Assembly (NCBI GenBank): GCA_000934665.2
Contig: JYFJ02002903.1
Location: forward strand, 1-49,165
DNA: 49,165 nucleotides
DNA from: Catajapyx aquilonaris
Taxonomy: Eukaryota
Reading direction: 5' to 3'
Shown here: piece after piece, positions 47,877-49,165 of the stretch
Position numbering within the stretch: position 1 is the first letter of the stretch
Layout of the letters: every line of letters starts with the position of its first letter
Position numbers and translations under genes: made by a program
The notes under the pieces: generated by a model
Database searches by the model: none
What the model saw: the letters and a program-made list of their open reading frames with translations, nothing else
Told to the model about the DNA's origin: nothing

Positions 47877-48207
47877 CCCTGAAACAATTACCACATGATT
47901 TGTTTAGGTCAAGGGTAACAAGCAACGATCACATTTTGCAGGTGAAAGCTGCTTAGCACACATGCCAGCTAACGGGCCAATCCTAATACACGTTCTATAG
48001 TTCACTGATATTAGCGCACATTACATATGTGATAGGAGACATTGCAAATCATACATTGAACATGGTAATAATAATTTTTCCCTGGGTCGTAAATAAAAAG
48101 CGCTGAAATAGGTAGCCTGCTTTTGATAATGGCCTACTGACTTATTGCAGTATGATTTACTGTGATCTGTACTTACGAACGGGCTCCCAAGGCTCCTCAT
48201 ATAGATA

Positions 48208-48744
48208 CAGGTAGTACCCGTTTTACACCGGTAATTGCTTCCCGCAAAACGCGGCGTAAAATGAGAAGGGGTAAAACGAGACAATATTATAATGGAAGTA
48301 AATGAGATGGGTTCCAAGATTTCCAAAAATATCCCTGATACAGACTACAGCGCTTTTAAATTTCAGTTTTTAATGCCGACTATTTCATACATTATTTGCA
48401 CATTTAATGGTTAAGGTTCCAGGTGAAGGGTGATAGCTGGTTCTGGGGTCTCTTTTCCCTTCTTTTGGCAAGAACTGCAGTAGACGTAGGGTATTTGATA
48501 CACTTCGGAGGGTTCCGATGAGACCAACAACGCGGTACTGTATTCATTGATAGAACCCGCCACAAGGCACCACGAAAGACAAAAAATAGCATTATTTTGT
48601 AGTCATGTGTTTGGATTCAAAAGTGTTGTTATCGTCATATTTTTCACAATTGTTCAATTTAAAAATAATTTTACAATGCCATTTTCAAACCGGCGTTAAC
48701 GTAAAACGGCGTAAAATGGAGCGGTGTACAACGGGTACCTACTG
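48208..48744. mobile_element. Tc1/mariner/pogo-like MITE, ~537 bp
   Basis: Left end TA|CAGGTAGTACCCGTTTTACACCG; right end CGGTGTACAACGGGTACCTACTG|ATA. Subterminal CGGCGTAAAA(T/C)G repeats near both ends. AT-rich interior. Confidence 0.7.
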
Positions 48745-48925
48745 ATAATTGGACGGTGTTATGCAATAATGCGTCAACCCACATGAGAACAGTTTTGAGA
48801 AAAGGGGCTTTGAAGGTCATACCTGTGAAATTAATTCAGTGTTCTTTTCGGCCATTTGTGGCAGAAGCATGCAGATTATTTCACCAGCGTGATTTTAACT
48901 GAATGAAGTATAGGATCCTTTAGGT

Positions 48926-49080
48926 CAGCGGTTCTTGGGTGCCCGCACCTCCAGGGGGTGCGAGGTGGCTTCCCTGGGAGGTGCGAGCAAGGTGCACCTC
49001 TGGACTTAACCTAACCAAGAGCTAATAACTGGTCTAACTATGAACGTAATCAATGACCCCTGGTAAAGGGGGTGCGACAA
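48926..49080 (+). mobile_element. hAT-like element remnant
   Basis: Begins CAGCGGTTCT after an 8-mer with central TA (ctttaggt). Repeated GGGGTGCG subterminal motifs. No right end visible. Confidence 0.35.
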
Positions 49081-49165
49081 GGACCCACATATTGGGGCCG
49101 TCCAGACGGGCCAACCTTAGCCGCGGCCCTGGCGTCGGCCCCGGCTTGCGGAGCCACGGCTGGCC

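Noticed and set aside
1..49165. CRISPR array, prokaryotic operon or autonomous transposase/reverse transcriptase
   Set aside because: No regularly spaced direct repeats and no DDE or RT motifs in any ORF. The window is spliceosomal eukaryotic DNA.

Overview
Eukaryotic, intron-rich invertebrate DNA (arthropod-like by protein similarity; species not identifiable). No prokaryotic features, CRISPR arrays or rRNA are visible. Three minus-strand protein-coding genes were reconstructed by hand from splice sites and reading phase. (1) An Ank2/UNC-44-type ankyrin runs from ATG 34718 off the left edge: 28 coding exons and about 2600 aa in the window, comprising ANK repeats, ZU5-ZU5-UPA, a death domain and a long acidic tail with a 2181-nt exon. 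(2) A 6-exon, ~464-aa unrecognised coiled-coil protein ends in a CaaX-like CFIL (39635-41843). (3) A 16-exon, ~921-aa Inturned orthologue has no visible PDZ domain (43995-47876). Non-coding DNA carries several non-autonomous DNA transposons. One is a ~1-kb TTAA-flanked piggyBac-like foldback element inserted into a tRNA-derived SINE-like head. The most interesting signals are: a regularly spaced array of LC8/DYNLL-type motifs in the ankyrin large exon; an 18-nt microexon followed by clustered Rbfox sites; two GC-AG introns; candidate switch points for short versus giant ankyrin isoforms; the CaaX coiled-coil gene; and the nested transposon. I see no evidence of a wholly new class of system. 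These are testable hypotheses, not database-confirmed results.
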